20,000 nt of DNA, taken from the IMG/VR virus record IMGVR_UViG_3300009155_000060. One strand, given 5' to 3'. Of the stretch, positions 1 to 9,769 are shown in pieces. The notes below the pieces were generated by a model. That model had not been told where the DNA came from and did no database searches. It saw only the letters and a list, made by a program, of their open reading frames with translations. Position 1 is the stretch's first letter. Every line of letters begins with the position of its first letter. Source of the DNA: an uncultured virus (IMG/VR IMGVR_UViG_3300009155_000060). Lineage: Duplodnaviria > Heunggongvirae > Uroviricota > Caudoviricetes. Made by a program: the position numbers and the translations under genes.

Positions 1-4
1 TGCA

Positions 5-1744
5 ATGAAGCCTATACAAATTATCAGCCAAGATCTATTCGACAAAATTCGCAGCCGTTTCAGTAACCTAGAAATGGGGGATGAGACTGGTGCAGTGACC
101 ATCGAACCAACAGCAGCACGTTTTTTTGATTTTGACTTCGTCAGAGAAGGAGTAGATCTAGGGCGAGTTAGCATCAGCTTAAACGATTTAGGCAGTCTTA
201 AAGTCTATTATAGTCAAGGTATCACAGAAGGTGAAGACGACAGTAGCAAACAATTATGGTATGATTTTCTTAAAGAAATGAGATTTTTTGCCATGCGTAG
301 GCTATTGAGATTTGACACCAGAGACATTGCCAAAACCAATCTTGACAAAAATGATTTTCAACACCTTGCTAAAACACAGGGGCCCAAGGAAGAAACTATG
401 ACAACAATGAATGAAAGCCAATGGAACCATAAAAGCTCAAAGAAAACCAGTCGTGCGGTCAAGGGCCGTACAGAGGTTATTATGAGACATCATAATCCAG
501 TATCAGAAACATATCCAGGTGCTCGTAGCCAACGTAAAAACATCAAGGCAATTTTTATTCAGAACAGAGACGGTGAGCGTTTTAAATATCCTTTTATACA
601 TCCAGCAGGTGCATTTGCCATGGCTCAACACGTAGATCATGGTGGTGCTCCACACGATCCAGCAGGCAAGGCCATTATCAGCATCAGCGAGCAAATTGCA
701 CAACTAAGCGAATTTCAACGTAAAATACAACATCAAACACTGCACGACGATGCAACAGGAATAACAGAAAGGGCCATAGGCCGACTTACAGAACTAAAAG
801 CAAAGATTGCTGCTTTAGGCAAACGTCATCATTATGAATCATGGCTCAGTGAATTTACTGAACAACAACCTATGGACGATGGACTAGAATTAGACGCCGT
901 TACTATGGAAGATTACAAGAGCAAATTTACACAGAAAAATTTCCAAGAAGAATTAACACAATTTTTTCCTTTAATTCATCGCATAATGCAGGAGGCTAAT
1001 AAAGTAGAATTAGAAGATTTTGTCAAAGAACAAGAACAAGAAGATGATATAGAAGAAACTGTAAAAGAAGACATATTCAATGAATTTGAACAATGGGCAG
1101 AAGCAATGGAACAGAATGTGTTCGACATCGAACAACTAACTGCTGCCATGGAGGCTTTGCCACAACCGTTGTCGTTAGCAGACGAAGTCAGCGTTGATGA
1201 AACCGTACGGTTCTTTAACGAACACGGAATTCAAGATCCAGAACTAGAACAAAATCTCAAAGATCAGGCAAGAATTGATTCAACAGCAGATCCTGTAAAA
1301 GAAGTATTGTTACCATGGGCACAACAACCAGAAAATCAAGAACAATATCCAGGCCTAACAGAACTATTAACCACATATGCCGGTGGAGAGGAACCCCAGG
1401 GAGAAACTCCACCTGCAGAGCCGGCGGCTACAGAACCAGCACCGGATCAGGAGCAACCTGTAGCAGAATCCCGTGATTTTAAGAAAATGGCTAGAGAAGT
1501 TGTAGAAATGGTAAAAACACGGTTCAATCGAGATAATCCCAATATGGAAGCGTTTAACGGACACGAAGGCATTTTAACTGATGTAGAAAAACATGTTAAA
1601 GAAAACTACGGTGATGAAGTTGCTGAAGCGGCTAGACAGGTGGCAGAAAAGGCCATGTCCAAAATGACTCATATGTGGAAGCAACGACACGGGCATGATT
1701 ACGAAATGGAAAGCATCCTCAAATTGGCAGGTATGAAAAAATAA
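5..1744 (+). CDS. Large acidic phage protein, probably virion/head-associated, function unknown
   Basis: 579-aa ORF with an acidic Glu/Pro-rich C-terminal half, ending EMESILKLAGMKK and followed by a strong hairpin terminator. The structural role is inference. There is a possible internal start at ATG 398 preceded by AAGGAAG. Confidence 0.55.
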   Translation: MKPIQIISQDLFDKIRSRFSNLEMGDETGAVTIEPTAARFFDFDFVREGVDLGRVSISLNDLGSLKVYYSQGITEGEDDSSKQLWYDFLKEMRFFAMRRLLRFDTRDIAKTNLDKNDFQHLAKTQGPKEETMTTMNESQWNHKSSKKTSRAVKGRTEVIMRHHNPVSETYPGARSQRKNIKAIFIQNRDGERFKYPFIHPAGAFAMAQHVDHGGAPHDPAGKAIISISEQIAQLSEFQRKIQHQTLHDDATGITERAIGRLTELKAKIAALGKRHHYESWLSEFTEQQPMDDGLELDAVTMEDYKSKFTQKNFQEELTQFFPLIHRIMQEANKVELEDFVKEQEQEDDIEETVKEDIFNEFEQWAEAMEQNVFDIEQLTAAMEALPQPLSLADEVSVDETVRFFNEHGIQDPELEQNLKDQARIDSTADPVKEVLLPWAQQPENQEQYPGLTELLTTYAGGEEPQGETPPAEPAATEPAPDQEQPVAESRDFKKMAREVVEMVKTRFNRDNPNMEAFNGHEGILTDVEKHVKENYGDEVAEAARQVAEKAMSKMTHMWKQRHGHDYEMESILKLAGMKK

Positions 1745-1761
1745 TCTGGACACTTTAGTGG

Positions 1762-1790
1762 TTGCGAGATAAATAAAGTTAGCATACAAT
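1762..1790 (+). promoter_or_regulatory. Sigma70-type promoter TTGCGA-17-TACAAT with a nested TAAATA late-promoter-like box (1770-1775), upstream of SSB
   Basis: TTGCGA 1762-1767, 17-nt spacer, TACAAT 1785-1790. Confidence 0.6.
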
Positions 1791-1815
1791 ACATGTATGC
1801 TAACTTTTTTCTTTT
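1775..1815 (+). terminator. Rho-independent terminator-like hairpin
   Basis: Perfect 14-bp inverted repeat AAAGTTAGCATACA (1775-1788) / TGTATGCTAACTTT (1794-1807), 5-nt loop, followed by a T-rich tract. Confidence 0.7.
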
Positions 1816-1871
1816 AGTCAGTGGGCTAAAAGGAATGGCATAACAAAGGCATAACATCAAGGAGAAATATT

Positions 1872-2867
1872 ATGGCAACTTTGGCTGAAATTCGTGCAAA
1901 ACTTCAAGCATCTTCGCAACAAAACACCGGAACAGGTGGCGGAGACAACGCAATTTATCCACATTGGAATATCCCAGAAGGTTCGACTGTAACAGTGCGT
2001 TTCCTTCCAGATGCAGATCCTAACAACACCTTTTTCTGGGTTGAACGTAACCTAATTAAACTACCCTTTGCTGGCGTCAAAGGCGAAACCAATAGCAAAC
2101 CTGTTCAAGTACAAGTTCCTTGTATGGAGATGTGGGGAGAAACTTGCCCAATCTTGTCTGAGGTTCGTCCTTGGTTTAAAGACAAGAGTTTGGAAGAAAT
2201 GGGCCGTCGTTATTGGAAAAAGAAGTCATATCTTTTCCAAGGGTTTGTGGTCGATAGCAAGTATCAAGAGGACAAGACTCCGGAAAATCCCATCCGTCGA
2301 TTTATCATTGGTAGCCAAATCTTTAACATTGTTAAGAACGCACTGATGGATGCAGAGATTGAAGAACTGCCCACCGATTACATTCGTGGCTTGGACTTTA
2401 AGATCATTAAAACCAGTAAAGGTGGCTATGCTGACTACAGCACCAGCAACTGGGCTCGACGTGAACGTGCTCTAAATCAAGCTGAACAAGATGCTATTAA
2501 CCAGCATAATCTGTTCAAACTCAGTGACTTCCTGCCTAAGAAACCAGGTGCAGTTGAACTTAAAGTCATGAAAGAAATGTTTGAAGCATCAGTTGATGGC
2601 GAAGCATTTGACATGGACAAATGGGGTCAATACTTCAAACCAGCAGGCATGGGCGGTGGCGGTAGTGCTACCGGTACCGGTAAAGTAGCGGCATCAACTG
2701 ATGACGAAGAAGCAGTAGCATATGAAGCACCAGTAGCACAATCTAAACCTGCAGTGGCCGCAAAGCCTGCAGAACCAGAAGCTGAAGCCGACGCTAGTTC
2801 GGGCAGTGAAGCCAGCGGCCGTGCCGCAGACATCATTGCTATGATTCGCAAACGTCAATCAACTTAA
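1872..2867 (+). CDS. Single-stranded DNA-binding protein, T4 gp32-like
   Basis: Motifs VRFLPD, C...CP (Zn site), RRFIIG.QIF, GLDF.I.K..KGGYADYSTS; low-complexity acidic tail; SD AAGGAG; upstream of UvsX/UvsY. Confidence 0.85.
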   Translation: MATLAEIRAKLQASSQQNTGTGGGDNAIYPHWNIPEGSTVTVRFLPDADPNNTFFWVERNLIKLPFAGVKGETNSKPVQVQVPCMEMWGETCPILSEVRPWFKDKSLEEMGRRYWKKKSYLFQGFVVDSKYQEDKTPENPIRRFIIGSQIFNIVKNALMDAEIEELPTDYIRGLDFKIIKTSKGGYADYSTSNWARRERALNQAEQDAINQHNLFKLSDFLPKKPGAVELKVMKEMFEASVDGEAFDMDKWGQYFKPAGMGGGGSATGTGKVAASTDDEEAVAYEAPVAQSKPAVAAKPAEPEAEADASSGSEASGRAADIIAMIRKRQST

Positions 2868-2879
2868 TAGGAGATTGCT

Positions 2880-3089
2880 ATGACCAAAAAATCAATCTCT
2901 TCGATTGGCGATAAACTTGCCAAGGTAAGTGAATCATTCGCTGTCAATATGTATGACAACGGCTATTTGTTTGAAATCTCAGGTCGTGATGAGGATGGTG
3001 ACTATAAATCTGCAAAAATTATGGTCTCCGATTTATCACAACTGGCTGCTCTAGTACAAGAAGCTACAGAAATGCCAAGGGACGACTGA
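2880..3089 (+). CDS. Small hypothetical protein
   Basis: 69-aa ORF with SD AGGAG, tightly packed between SSB and RecA. Confidence 0.75.
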   Translation: MTKKSISSIGDKLAKVSESFAVNMYDNGYLFEISGRDEDGDYKSAKIMVSDLSQLAALVQEATEMPRDD

Positions 3090-3090
3090 T

Positions 3091-4149
3091 ATGGGTAAGG
3101 CTTTTGACATCTCAAAATTTCGCAAAAGCCTTACCAAGTCCATTGACGGACTTGGTATTGGGTTTAACGATCCTACTGATTGGATCAGTACAGGCAACTA
3201 CGCCCTAAACTATCTTATCAGTGGAGACTTTTTCAAAGGCATTCCACTGGGCAAAGTCACAGTGTTTGCCGGTGAAAGCGGTGCTGGAAAGAGTTATATC
3301 TGTTCTGGCAATATTATTCGCCATGCTCAAGAACAAGGAATTTATGTCGTTCTTGTAGATACAGAAAACGCACTGGACGAAAAATGGTTACTGGACTTGG
3401 GTGTTGATACGCACGAAGATAAACTGCTCAAACTCAATATGGCCATGATTGACGATGTAGCCAAAACTATCCATGAGTTTATGAAAGAATACAAACTCAT
3501 GCCGGCAGAAGAACGACCCAAAGTTCTTTTTGTCATTGATAGTTTGGGCATGTTGCTGACTCCAACTGACGTTAATCAATTTGAAGCAGGAGACCTAAAA
3601 GGTGATATGGGCCGTAAGCCTAAAGCACTAACCGCACTTGTTCGTAACTGTGTTAATATGTTTGGTAGTCATAATGTAGGATTGGTTGCTACTAATCACA
3701 CATATGCTAGCCAAGATATGTTTGATCCTGACGACAAAATTTCAGGTGGTCAAGGCTTCGTTTACGCAAGTTCTATCGTGGTTGCCATGAAAAAACTTAA
3801 ACTCAAAGAGGATGAGGATGGTAACAAAGTTAGTGATGTGTTAGGTATTAGATCGGCCTGTAAGATCATGAAAACTCGTTATGCTAAACCTTTTGAAACT
3901 GTCCAAGTTAAAATTCCTTATTCGACCGGAATGAGTCCTACTAGCGGGCTTGTTGATTTATTTGAAAAACTAGGCATATTGACAAAGAGCGGAAATAAGC
4001 TACAATATGTCAGTAAAAAGACCGGAGAAATCGGCTCTGAATTTAGAAAAAATTGGACAGAAGATAAATTAATGACAATCATGCTGGAATGGGATAATTC
4101 GGCTTTGACTATTCCACTAGCAACGGTTGAAACCACGGAGGAATCGTAA
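3091..4149 (+). CDS. uvsX: RecA-like recombinase (UvsX)
   Basis: Walker A GESGAGKS, DTENA, Walker B VIDSLG, NHTY, SGGQGFVYASS. Confidence 0.93.
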   Translation: MGKAFDISKFRKSLTKSIDGLGIGFNDPTDWISTGNYALNYLISGDFFKGIPLGKVTVFAGESGAGKSYICSGNIIRHAQEQGIYVVLVDTENALDEKWLLDLGVDTHEDKLLKLNMAMIDDVAKTIHEFMKEYKLMPAEERPKVLFVIDSLGMLLTPTDVNQFEAGDLKGDMGRKPKALTALVRNCVNMFGSHNVGLVATNHTYASQDMFDPDDKISGGQGFVYASSIVVAMKKLKLKEDEDGNKVSDVLGIRSACKIMKTRYAKPFETVQVKIPYSTGMSPTSGLVDLFEKLGILTKSGNKLQYVSKKTGEIGSEFRKNWTEDKLMTIMLEWDNSALTIPLATVETTEES

Positions 4150-4406
4150 TGGAAGAAGATGTTATCATTGGAATTTGGGACACTTTTAAGGAATATGTTC
4201 CGGAAAAAAATCGTGAAAATGCGGCAGCACAGTTCATTGATTTTCTTCTCGGTCGTGATGTAGAATTAAGCGTTATCGAAAATCTAGCAGGGTTCGATCC
4301 CCATCTTGATTCAGCTATTGAATTGGTAGTTGATGAAGAAGGAGGTTATGACTCCGAGGACGATGAGGAAGATCGGGATTGTTACGAGGAAGATGAGGAT
4401 TATTGA
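4149..4406 (+). CDS. Small acidic hypothetical protein
   Basis: 85 aa, start overlaps the uvsX stop (TAATG), D/E-rich C-terminus. Confidence 0.75.
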   Translation: MEEDVIIGIWDTFKEYVPEKNRENAAAQFIDFLLGRDVELSVIENLAGFDPHLDSAIELVVDEEGGYDSEDDEEDRDCYEEDEDY

Positions 4407-4861
4407 TGACATGGTATTCAAAGGTCAGCAGGGACCTTGCTGCCCTGCCTGACTGTATAGAATATTTTTATCAAGAATTAACTCATGCTAAAATTGAATC
4501 AAAAATTTCTGGTAATATAGAACGAGCTTCTGCTGCTCTCCCCGGAATCGTTGAGCATAGGTTTAATCAACTTCAAGAAATTGAGGCCATATTAGAATTT
4601 CTCAACATTGAATTACGTAGGATTCGCAGCAGGATCTTTAAAAAATATCTGGAAAACTATCAAAGAGCATTGAGCAGCAGAGATGTAGAAAAATATGTAG
4701 ATGGTGAAGATGATGTTGTTGATATGGAAAAAATTATCAATGAATTTGCCATGCTACGTAATCAATGGTTAGGCATTATCAAGGCCATTGATATCAAACA
4801 GTGGCAATTGAGTAACATTATCAAATTAAGAACCGCTGGTTTAGAAGATATCAGTTTGTAA
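4406..4861 (+). CDS. uvsY: Recombination mediator UvsY
   Basis: Helical ~150-aa protein with KKYLENYQRALSSRDVEKYVDGE and K.WQLSNIIKLRTAG; located near uvsX and uvsW. Confidence 0.8.
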   Translation: MTWYSKVSRDLAALPDCIEYFYQELTHAKIESKISGNIERASAALPGIVEHRFNQLQEIEAILEFLNIELRRIRSRIFKKYLENYQRALSSRDVEKYVDGEDDVVDMEKIINEFAMLRNQWLGIIKAIDIKQWQLSNIIKLRTAGLEDISL

Positions 4862-4864
4862 CAC

Positions 4865-4893
4865 CGAGGGGAATTGACTTCCCCTCGTTTTTT
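4865..4893 (+). terminator. Rho-independent terminator
   Basis: CGAGGGGAA/TTCCCCTCG 9-bp stem, loop TTGAC, followed by T6, immediately after the uvsY stop. Confidence 0.85.
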
Positions 4894-4902
4894 CTGTATA
4901 AT
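4874..4902 (+). promoter_or_regulatory. Near-consensus sigma70 promoter TTGACT-17-TATAAT
   Basis: TTGACT 4874-4879, TATAAT 4897-4902; ATG at 4909 lies 6 nt downstream. Confidence 0.8.
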
Positions 4903-4908
4903 AGCAAT

Positions 4909-6108
4909 ATGGATATCGAATCTTTAATTCTTTTTCTTTCTCATAACGTCATGGTTAATAACATGACCACTTGGGATTTCAATTTGGTTAGTAGTTTTAG
5001 CGATCAAATCAGTCAAGGGAAAGCCTTGACTCAGAAACAGGCCAATATTGCAGTAAAAATTTTAAAAAAACATGTTATTGCAATGAGTTCTGCATTATCA
5101 AAAGATATTATGCCATATTTGAATACTCCGGTATTTAGATACCCCATAAGAATTGCAAATTCTACAAAAAAAATATCAATTGCCCAGCATAAAGATCATG
5201 GAAAAATTATAAAAGTGGAATTTCCGTTCGATGATAGTATTATTACCAAAATTCGATCAGCAAAATCTCAATTAAATTTAGCAATTTGGGATGCGGAAGA
5301 AAAATATTGGATTTTTTCTGTTGATGCAAAAAATATTGATTTTTTATCTGTCTTGGGCACTGAGAAAAAATTTGAATTTTGTGAAGAATTTGCAAATTAC
5401 GCTGAACGGGTAGAAGAAATCAAAAAAAATGTTGAAAAATATGTGCCCATGGTTGTGATTGAAAATGAAAAATATAAATTTATCAACATTCCTCCTTCTG
5501 TTCCTCAGCTCGATTCTAAAAATTTAACGGAATCACTATTTTTGGCAAGAAAACTGGGGATCTTTACCTGGTCAGATGCAGTTGAACAACAACTGCAAAG
5601 TATTGACATCGACCCTCTGGTTAGAAAATTTTTAAAATATGATACCAAAGATCATTTTATTCTCAGCCTGGAAGAAAATACTGTTTATTGTCTAAAAAAA
5701 CTGCTAAAATACCTTACCCCCTGTATTTTCTTTATTCCAGGTGGTCGAGAATTTGACGTCACAGAACAAGTTATTGATATTTTACGAAGCATGGACATTA
5801 AGGAAGAAGAGATCTCGGTGCTTTTTAGGCTACCATCAGAACACGGTAAAGAATTTAATGATTACGTGCGAGAAAATGGACTAAATTCACCGCTAACAGC
5901 AAAAACTCGTGCAGTACTGATCAGTCAGAAAATCCCCAAACCAGTGATCCAGTCAAAAATTCATTTTCATTGCGTTGTAAATTTCAGCAACTTTCAAACA
6001 CATTATTCATCTAGAGATTTTTTGAACACACAGTCAAATATTATTGAAGTTTGGGATAAAACTCCTAAATCAAACGTTCTAAAAGAAATTAATTTTTGGG
6101 AATTATGA
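4909..6108 (+). CDS. Hypothetical protein (AT-rich gene upstream of uvsW)
   Basis: 399-aa intact ORF with no recognisable catalytic motif; stop overlaps the uvsW start (ATGA). Confidence 0.75.
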   Translation: MDIESLILFLSHNVMVNNMTTWDFNLVSSFSDQISQGKALTQKQANIAVKILKKHVIAMSSALSKDIMPYLNTPVFRYPIRIANSTKKISIAQHKDHGKIIKVEFPFDDSIITKIRSAKSQLNLAIWDAEEKYWIFSVDAKNIDFLSVLGTEKKFEFCEEFANYAERVEEIKKNVEKYVPMVVIENEKYKFINIPPSVPQLDSKNLTESLFLARKLGIFTWSDAVEQQLQSIDIDPLVRKFLKYDTKDHFILSLEENTVYCLKKLLKYLTPCIFFIPGGREFDVTEQVIDILRSMDIKEEEISVLFRLPSEHGKEFNDYVRENGLNSPLTAKTRAVLISQKIPKPVIQSKIHFHCVVNFSNFQTHYSSRDFLNTQSNIIEVWDKTPKSNVLKEINFWEL

Positions 6109-7562
6109 GCAAAACAGCACATCTTAAAATACTTGATGAAGTCAATTGTAAATTTCTAAATTTAGATTTAGACACTCGCAAGGCGTTGGTTAAAAAATTC
6201 AAGTATGAGGACCCTACGGCCAGATATAGGCCCAGTTATCGACTAGGAAGATGGGATGGCAGCATCAACTTTTTTGGTCTAGGTGGAACCACCTATATCA
6301 GTATGCTGGAACAGGCTCTGTCGTTCCTTGAAGAACGTAATTACTATATTGAGGTAGAAGATCTAAGGACCAGTCCTCCCCTAGAATTCACCAAAATTTC
6401 TGAAGATTTTTGGGGAGATTTAGCCTGGCCTAAAGGACACGTAATGGAGGGGAAACCAATCCGATTACGTGATTATCAATGTACTGTGATCAATAATTTT
6501 TTAGATAATCCACAATGTCTGCAGGAAGTGGCCACCGGTGCAGGCAAAACTATTATTACCGCAACATTGGCAAAAATCTGTGAAAAATATGGTCGAACTA
6601 TAACCATTGTGCCCAACAAAAGTCTTGTGGAACAGACCGAAGAAGATTTTATCAACTGCCAATTAGACGTAGGTGTTTATTATGGGGACCGTAAAGATCT
6701 CAATCGAACACATACTATTTGCACCTGGCAAAGCCTAAATATTTTAGACAAAAAATCGCATGATGATACAGAATTATTAACACTAGCAGAATTTTTAGAT
6801 GGCGTTCAAACTGTGGTAGTTGATGAAGTTCATATGGCCAAAGCCGATGTACTAAAAAAACTACTGACACAAAATCTAAGCCAGGCTCCAATTCGTTGGG
6901 GGTTAACTGGAACCATACCTAAAGCCGAGCATGAGTATCAAGCACTACGGGCCAGCCTAGGAGATGTGATAAATCGTGTCAGTGCCTATGACCTACAACA
7001 ACGCGGCGTCCTTAGTGATTGTCATGTAAATATTGTGCAGACCGCTGAATGGAAAGAATTTGGGGGCTACCAAGAAGAATTGAAATATTTGGTTACTGAT
7101 GAAAACAGAATGACCTATATTGCCAATATGATCAAGAAGATTACTGAGTCAGGAAATACCCTGGTATTGGTAGATAGAATTGAAAGTGGCAAATTTCTCA
7201 TTGAACAGATCCCGGATGGAGTATTTGTATCAGGGGAAGTTAAAACTAAGGATAGGAAAGAAGAATATGATGAAATCAAAACTGCCGATAATAAACTTAT
7301 CGTGGCCACTTATGGCGTTGCTGCCGTTGGGATTAATATCCCCAGGATTTTTAATTTGGTCTTGCTGGAACCAGGAAAAAGTTTTGTCCGAGTTATTCAA
7401 AGCATTGGACGAGGAATTAGGAAAGCAGACGACAAAGACAGTGTCCAAATCTGGGACATAACCGCAGCTACCAAATACGCCAAAAGACATCTTACAGAAC
7501 GCAAGAAATTTTATAAAGATGCTCACTATCCATTTACAATAGAAAAGGTAAAATACCAATAA
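6105..7562 (+). CDS. uvsW: SF2 DNA helicase, UvsW-like
   Basis: LRDYQ Q-motif, ATGAGKT, DEVH, GLTGT, GINIPRI, QSIGRGIR; start taken as ATG 6105. Confidence 0.9.
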   Translation: MSKTAHLKILDEVNCKFLNLDLDTRKALVKKFKYEDPTARYRPSYRLGRWDGSINFFGLGGTTYISMLEQALSFLEERNYYIEVEDLRTSPPLEFTKISEDFWGDLAWPKGHVMEGKPIRLRDYQCTVINNFLDNPQCLQEVATGAGKTIITATLAKICEKYGRTITIVPNKSLVEQTEEDFINCQLDVGVYYGDRKDLNRTHTICTWQSLNILDKKSHDDTELLTLAEFLDGVQTVVVDEVHMAKADVLKKLLTQNLSQAPIRWGLTGTIPKAEHEYQALRASLGDVINRVSAYDLQQRGVLSDCHVNIVQTAEWKEFGGYQEELKYLVTDENRMTYIANMIKKITESGNTLVLVDRIESGKFLIEQIPDGVFVSGEVKTKDRKEEYDEIKTADNKLIVATYGVAAVGINIPRIFNLVLLEPGKSFVRVIQSIGRGIRKADDKDSVQIWDITAATKYAKRHLTERKKFYKDAHYPFTIEKVKYQ

Positions 7563-8065
7563 TGCAGATACTTACGCTTGAAGACCGAATGTTCAGTCTA
7601 AATGAACTACCTGAAGAAATAGAACATGACCTGAGATTTGCTGTGCTAGACAATAGCGACAGTAGCAATCCTGACTATTTTTTTGTTCCTTTGATTTTTT
7701 TAGAAAGTTTTACAGGACCCGCTGTGGTATTAAAAATCGGACCACATGAAATTACCATGCCACTAGATTGGTGTACTATTGTAGGAGATACTGAAGGGCT
7801 TGAAATGGAAGTGCTGCCTTTGACTAGCCTTAACGACAGAGGATTCAAAACATTCTGCTTTAATCCATTGAGCAGTTATCGTCCAGAATTTTTAGATATT
7901 GATATTGTTGATGTATATCAAGATGTCAAATGGTATTTCCCCAAAATGAAACCTGGCCAACTTCTTTGCACTCCCTTACATGAAGGAGACAATCCTCTCT
8001 GTGCCTATTTTGTCAAAGAAGTCAGCCGTCAAAGTGAATTGATCAGTTATACACAGGCTTGGTAA
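7562..8065 (+). CDS. Hypothetical beta-rich protein coupled to uvsW
   Basis: 167-aa ORF, TAATG overlap with the uvsW stop. Confidence 0.75.
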   Translation: MQILTLEDRMFSLNELPEEIEHDLRFAVLDNSDSSNPDYFFVPLIFLESFTGPAVVLKIGPHEITMPLDWCTIVGDTEGLEMEVLPLTSLNDRGFKTFCFNPLSSYRPEFLDIDIVDVYQDVKWYFPKMKPGQLLCTPLHEGDNPLCAYFVKEVSRQSELISYTQAW

Positions 8066-8067
8066 AA

Positions 8068-8262
8068 ATGATCTATGCTCATAAATCTCAAGATGCTAGT
8101 GTAAGCCTACGAAGAGAAAATTTAATCGAGGAGATTAGAGAAAATCAACTATGGGGTAATATTCATCGAGCAGCCCTTACCAATCCTGCTTTACAAGAAG
8201 CCTTAGAGCGTGTTAAAATAATATACTACCTGAGTAAAGACAATGGCCGCAGCAAAACCTAA
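8068..8262 (+). CDS. Small hypothetical protein
   Basis: ~64-aa ORF filling the gap between neighbours; ATG 8068. Confidence 0.65.
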   Translation: MIYAHKSQDASVSLRRENLIEEIRENQLWGNIHRAALTNPALQEALERVKIIYYLSKDNGRSKT

Positions 8263-8725
8263 AAAGAAAAGAGAACTAGACCTCAATAGGGTGTTGTCTG
8301 CGATTGACTATAAAAATTATGATTTTTACAATTCATTGAATGAGAAAGAACTTAAAGAATTCAGCCCTTATGCACTGATGAGTTTTTCCAGTAATAGGTC
8401 TCATAATATTCCAGATGTAGAAGAATGGTATGTTGAGACTACCAATGAATTTGTGAATAAAAATCACTGGCAATTTGGGTCACGTCATAAAGAACTATTG
8501 TGGAAATTGTATGCAGCAACAGGAACCGGAGAGAAAACGGCCTATCAATATCTCAAACCATTAACAGTTGGCATTGATCGTTTTGAAAAATTACTGTGTG
8601 ATCTTTATCCTGCCTGGAAAATTGAAGATGTTAAATTACTAGCCAGTTTAATGACTCGAGAAGACCGACATGATCTGTTTGACAAAATGGGATTTGATGC
8701 AAAAGAAAGAAAAGAGTATGAGTAA
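8243..8725 (+). CDS. Probable clamp-loader small subunit (T4 gp62-like)
   Basis: Size (160 aa), FSPYALM..S and N...W.....HKELLWKL patterns resemble phage clamp-loader A subunits; replication-module context. Confidence 0.5.
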   Translation: MAAAKPKKKRELDLNRVLSAIDYKNYDFYNSLNEKELKEFSPYALMSFSSNRSHNIPDVEEWYVETTNEFVNKNHWQFGSRHKELLWKLYAATGTGEKTAYQYLKPLTVGIDRFEKLLCDLYPAWKIEDVKLLASLMTREDRHDLFDKMGFDAKERKEYE

Positions 8726-9416
8726 ACTGCTGTTGGCTCAACCCTTCAAATGTATGCATTGCGATAAAAGTTTTATGAAAGAAAAAACTTCGCTGGCTCA
8801 TATGTGTGAAAGAAAAAGGCGTGCCTTGCAGGAAAAAGAAAAACGTGTGCAGGCCGGATTTGTGGCATTTAATAGATTTTGGAAATTGACACAAGGTGCT
8901 AAAAAATCCAAGACCTACGAGGAATTCTGTGATAGCAGTTATTACAATGCCTTTGTAAAATTTGGCAGTTTCGTTAACAACGTAGATCCTCTTTATCCAG
9001 ATAGATTTGTTGACTATGTAATCAAAAGCGGTATAAAATTAGATCATTGGTGTCGTGATGAATTGTATGATCGGTACCTCTATGAAATGATCAAACTGGA
9101 ATCTGTGGAAGATGCTGTTCGAAGAAGTCTGCAGACCATGATGGAATGGGGTGATGAACACAACGCAAATTTTGCACATTATTTTAATTATGTAAGCCTG
9201 AGCCGAGCAGTACATGATATCAAGAATGGTAAAATTACTGCATGGCTTATTTTAAATAGCCAATCGGGAAAAAACATGATCAGTAAAATGAGCGATGAGC
9301 AACTGGATATGATTGCTCCGGCGTTTGATATTCAATTTTGGTTAAAGAAATTTAAGGAAACTCCGGCAGACGTTGCCCTAGTAAAAGAAATTGTTGAAGA
9401 GGTAGGAATAGAATGA
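8718..9416 (+). CDS. Hypothetical protein with N-terminal Zn finger (C-x2-C-x12-H-x-C)
   Basis: FKCMHCDKSFMKEKTSLAHMC; likely start ATG 8718. Confidence 0.7.
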   Translation: MSKLLLAQPFKCMHCDKSFMKEKTSLAHMCERKRRALQEKEKRVQAGFVAFNRFWKLTQGAKKSKTYEEFCDSSYYNAFVKFGSFVNNVDPLYPDRFVDYVIKSGIKLDHWCRDELYDRYLYEMIKLESVEDAVRRSLQTMMEWGDEHNANFAHYFNYVSLSRAVHDIKNGKITAWLILNSQSGKNMISKMSDEQLDMIAPAFDIQFWLKKFKETPADVALVKEIVEEVGIE

Positions 9417-9769
9417 GACTAGATGGGTTTGTAGAAAAGGGGTGGGGATATGAAAATATATGGGCCACTAACGACAAGTACTGCGGCAAATTGATGAAAT
9501 TCAATACTGGTGCTCAATTCAGTATGCATTTTCATTCAGCGAAAGATGAAACCTGGTATGTGTTAGATGGTAAATTCACTGTGAGATTCATAGATACTAC
9601 TACCGCTAAAATCAGTGAGCTATTACTGAATCCTGGAGATGTTTGGCACAATCCTCCGCTGCTGCCCCATCAACTGTATTGTATAGAAGAAGGAACTATC
9701 ATCGAATTAAGCACCGCTGATAGTGTTGAAGACAACTATCGAGTCCTGCCAGGAGACAGTCAACGATGA
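9413..9769 (+). CDS. Cupin-fold sugar isomerase-like protein
   Basis: VEKGWGYE, SMHFHSAKDETWYVLDG and PLLPHQL cupin motifs. Confidence 0.8.
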   Translation: MRLDGFVEKGWGYENIWATNDKYCGKLMKFNTGAQFSMHFHSAKDETWYVLDGKFTVRFIDTTTAKISELLLNPGDVWHNPPLLPHQLYCIEEGTIIELSTADSVEDNYRVLPGDSQR

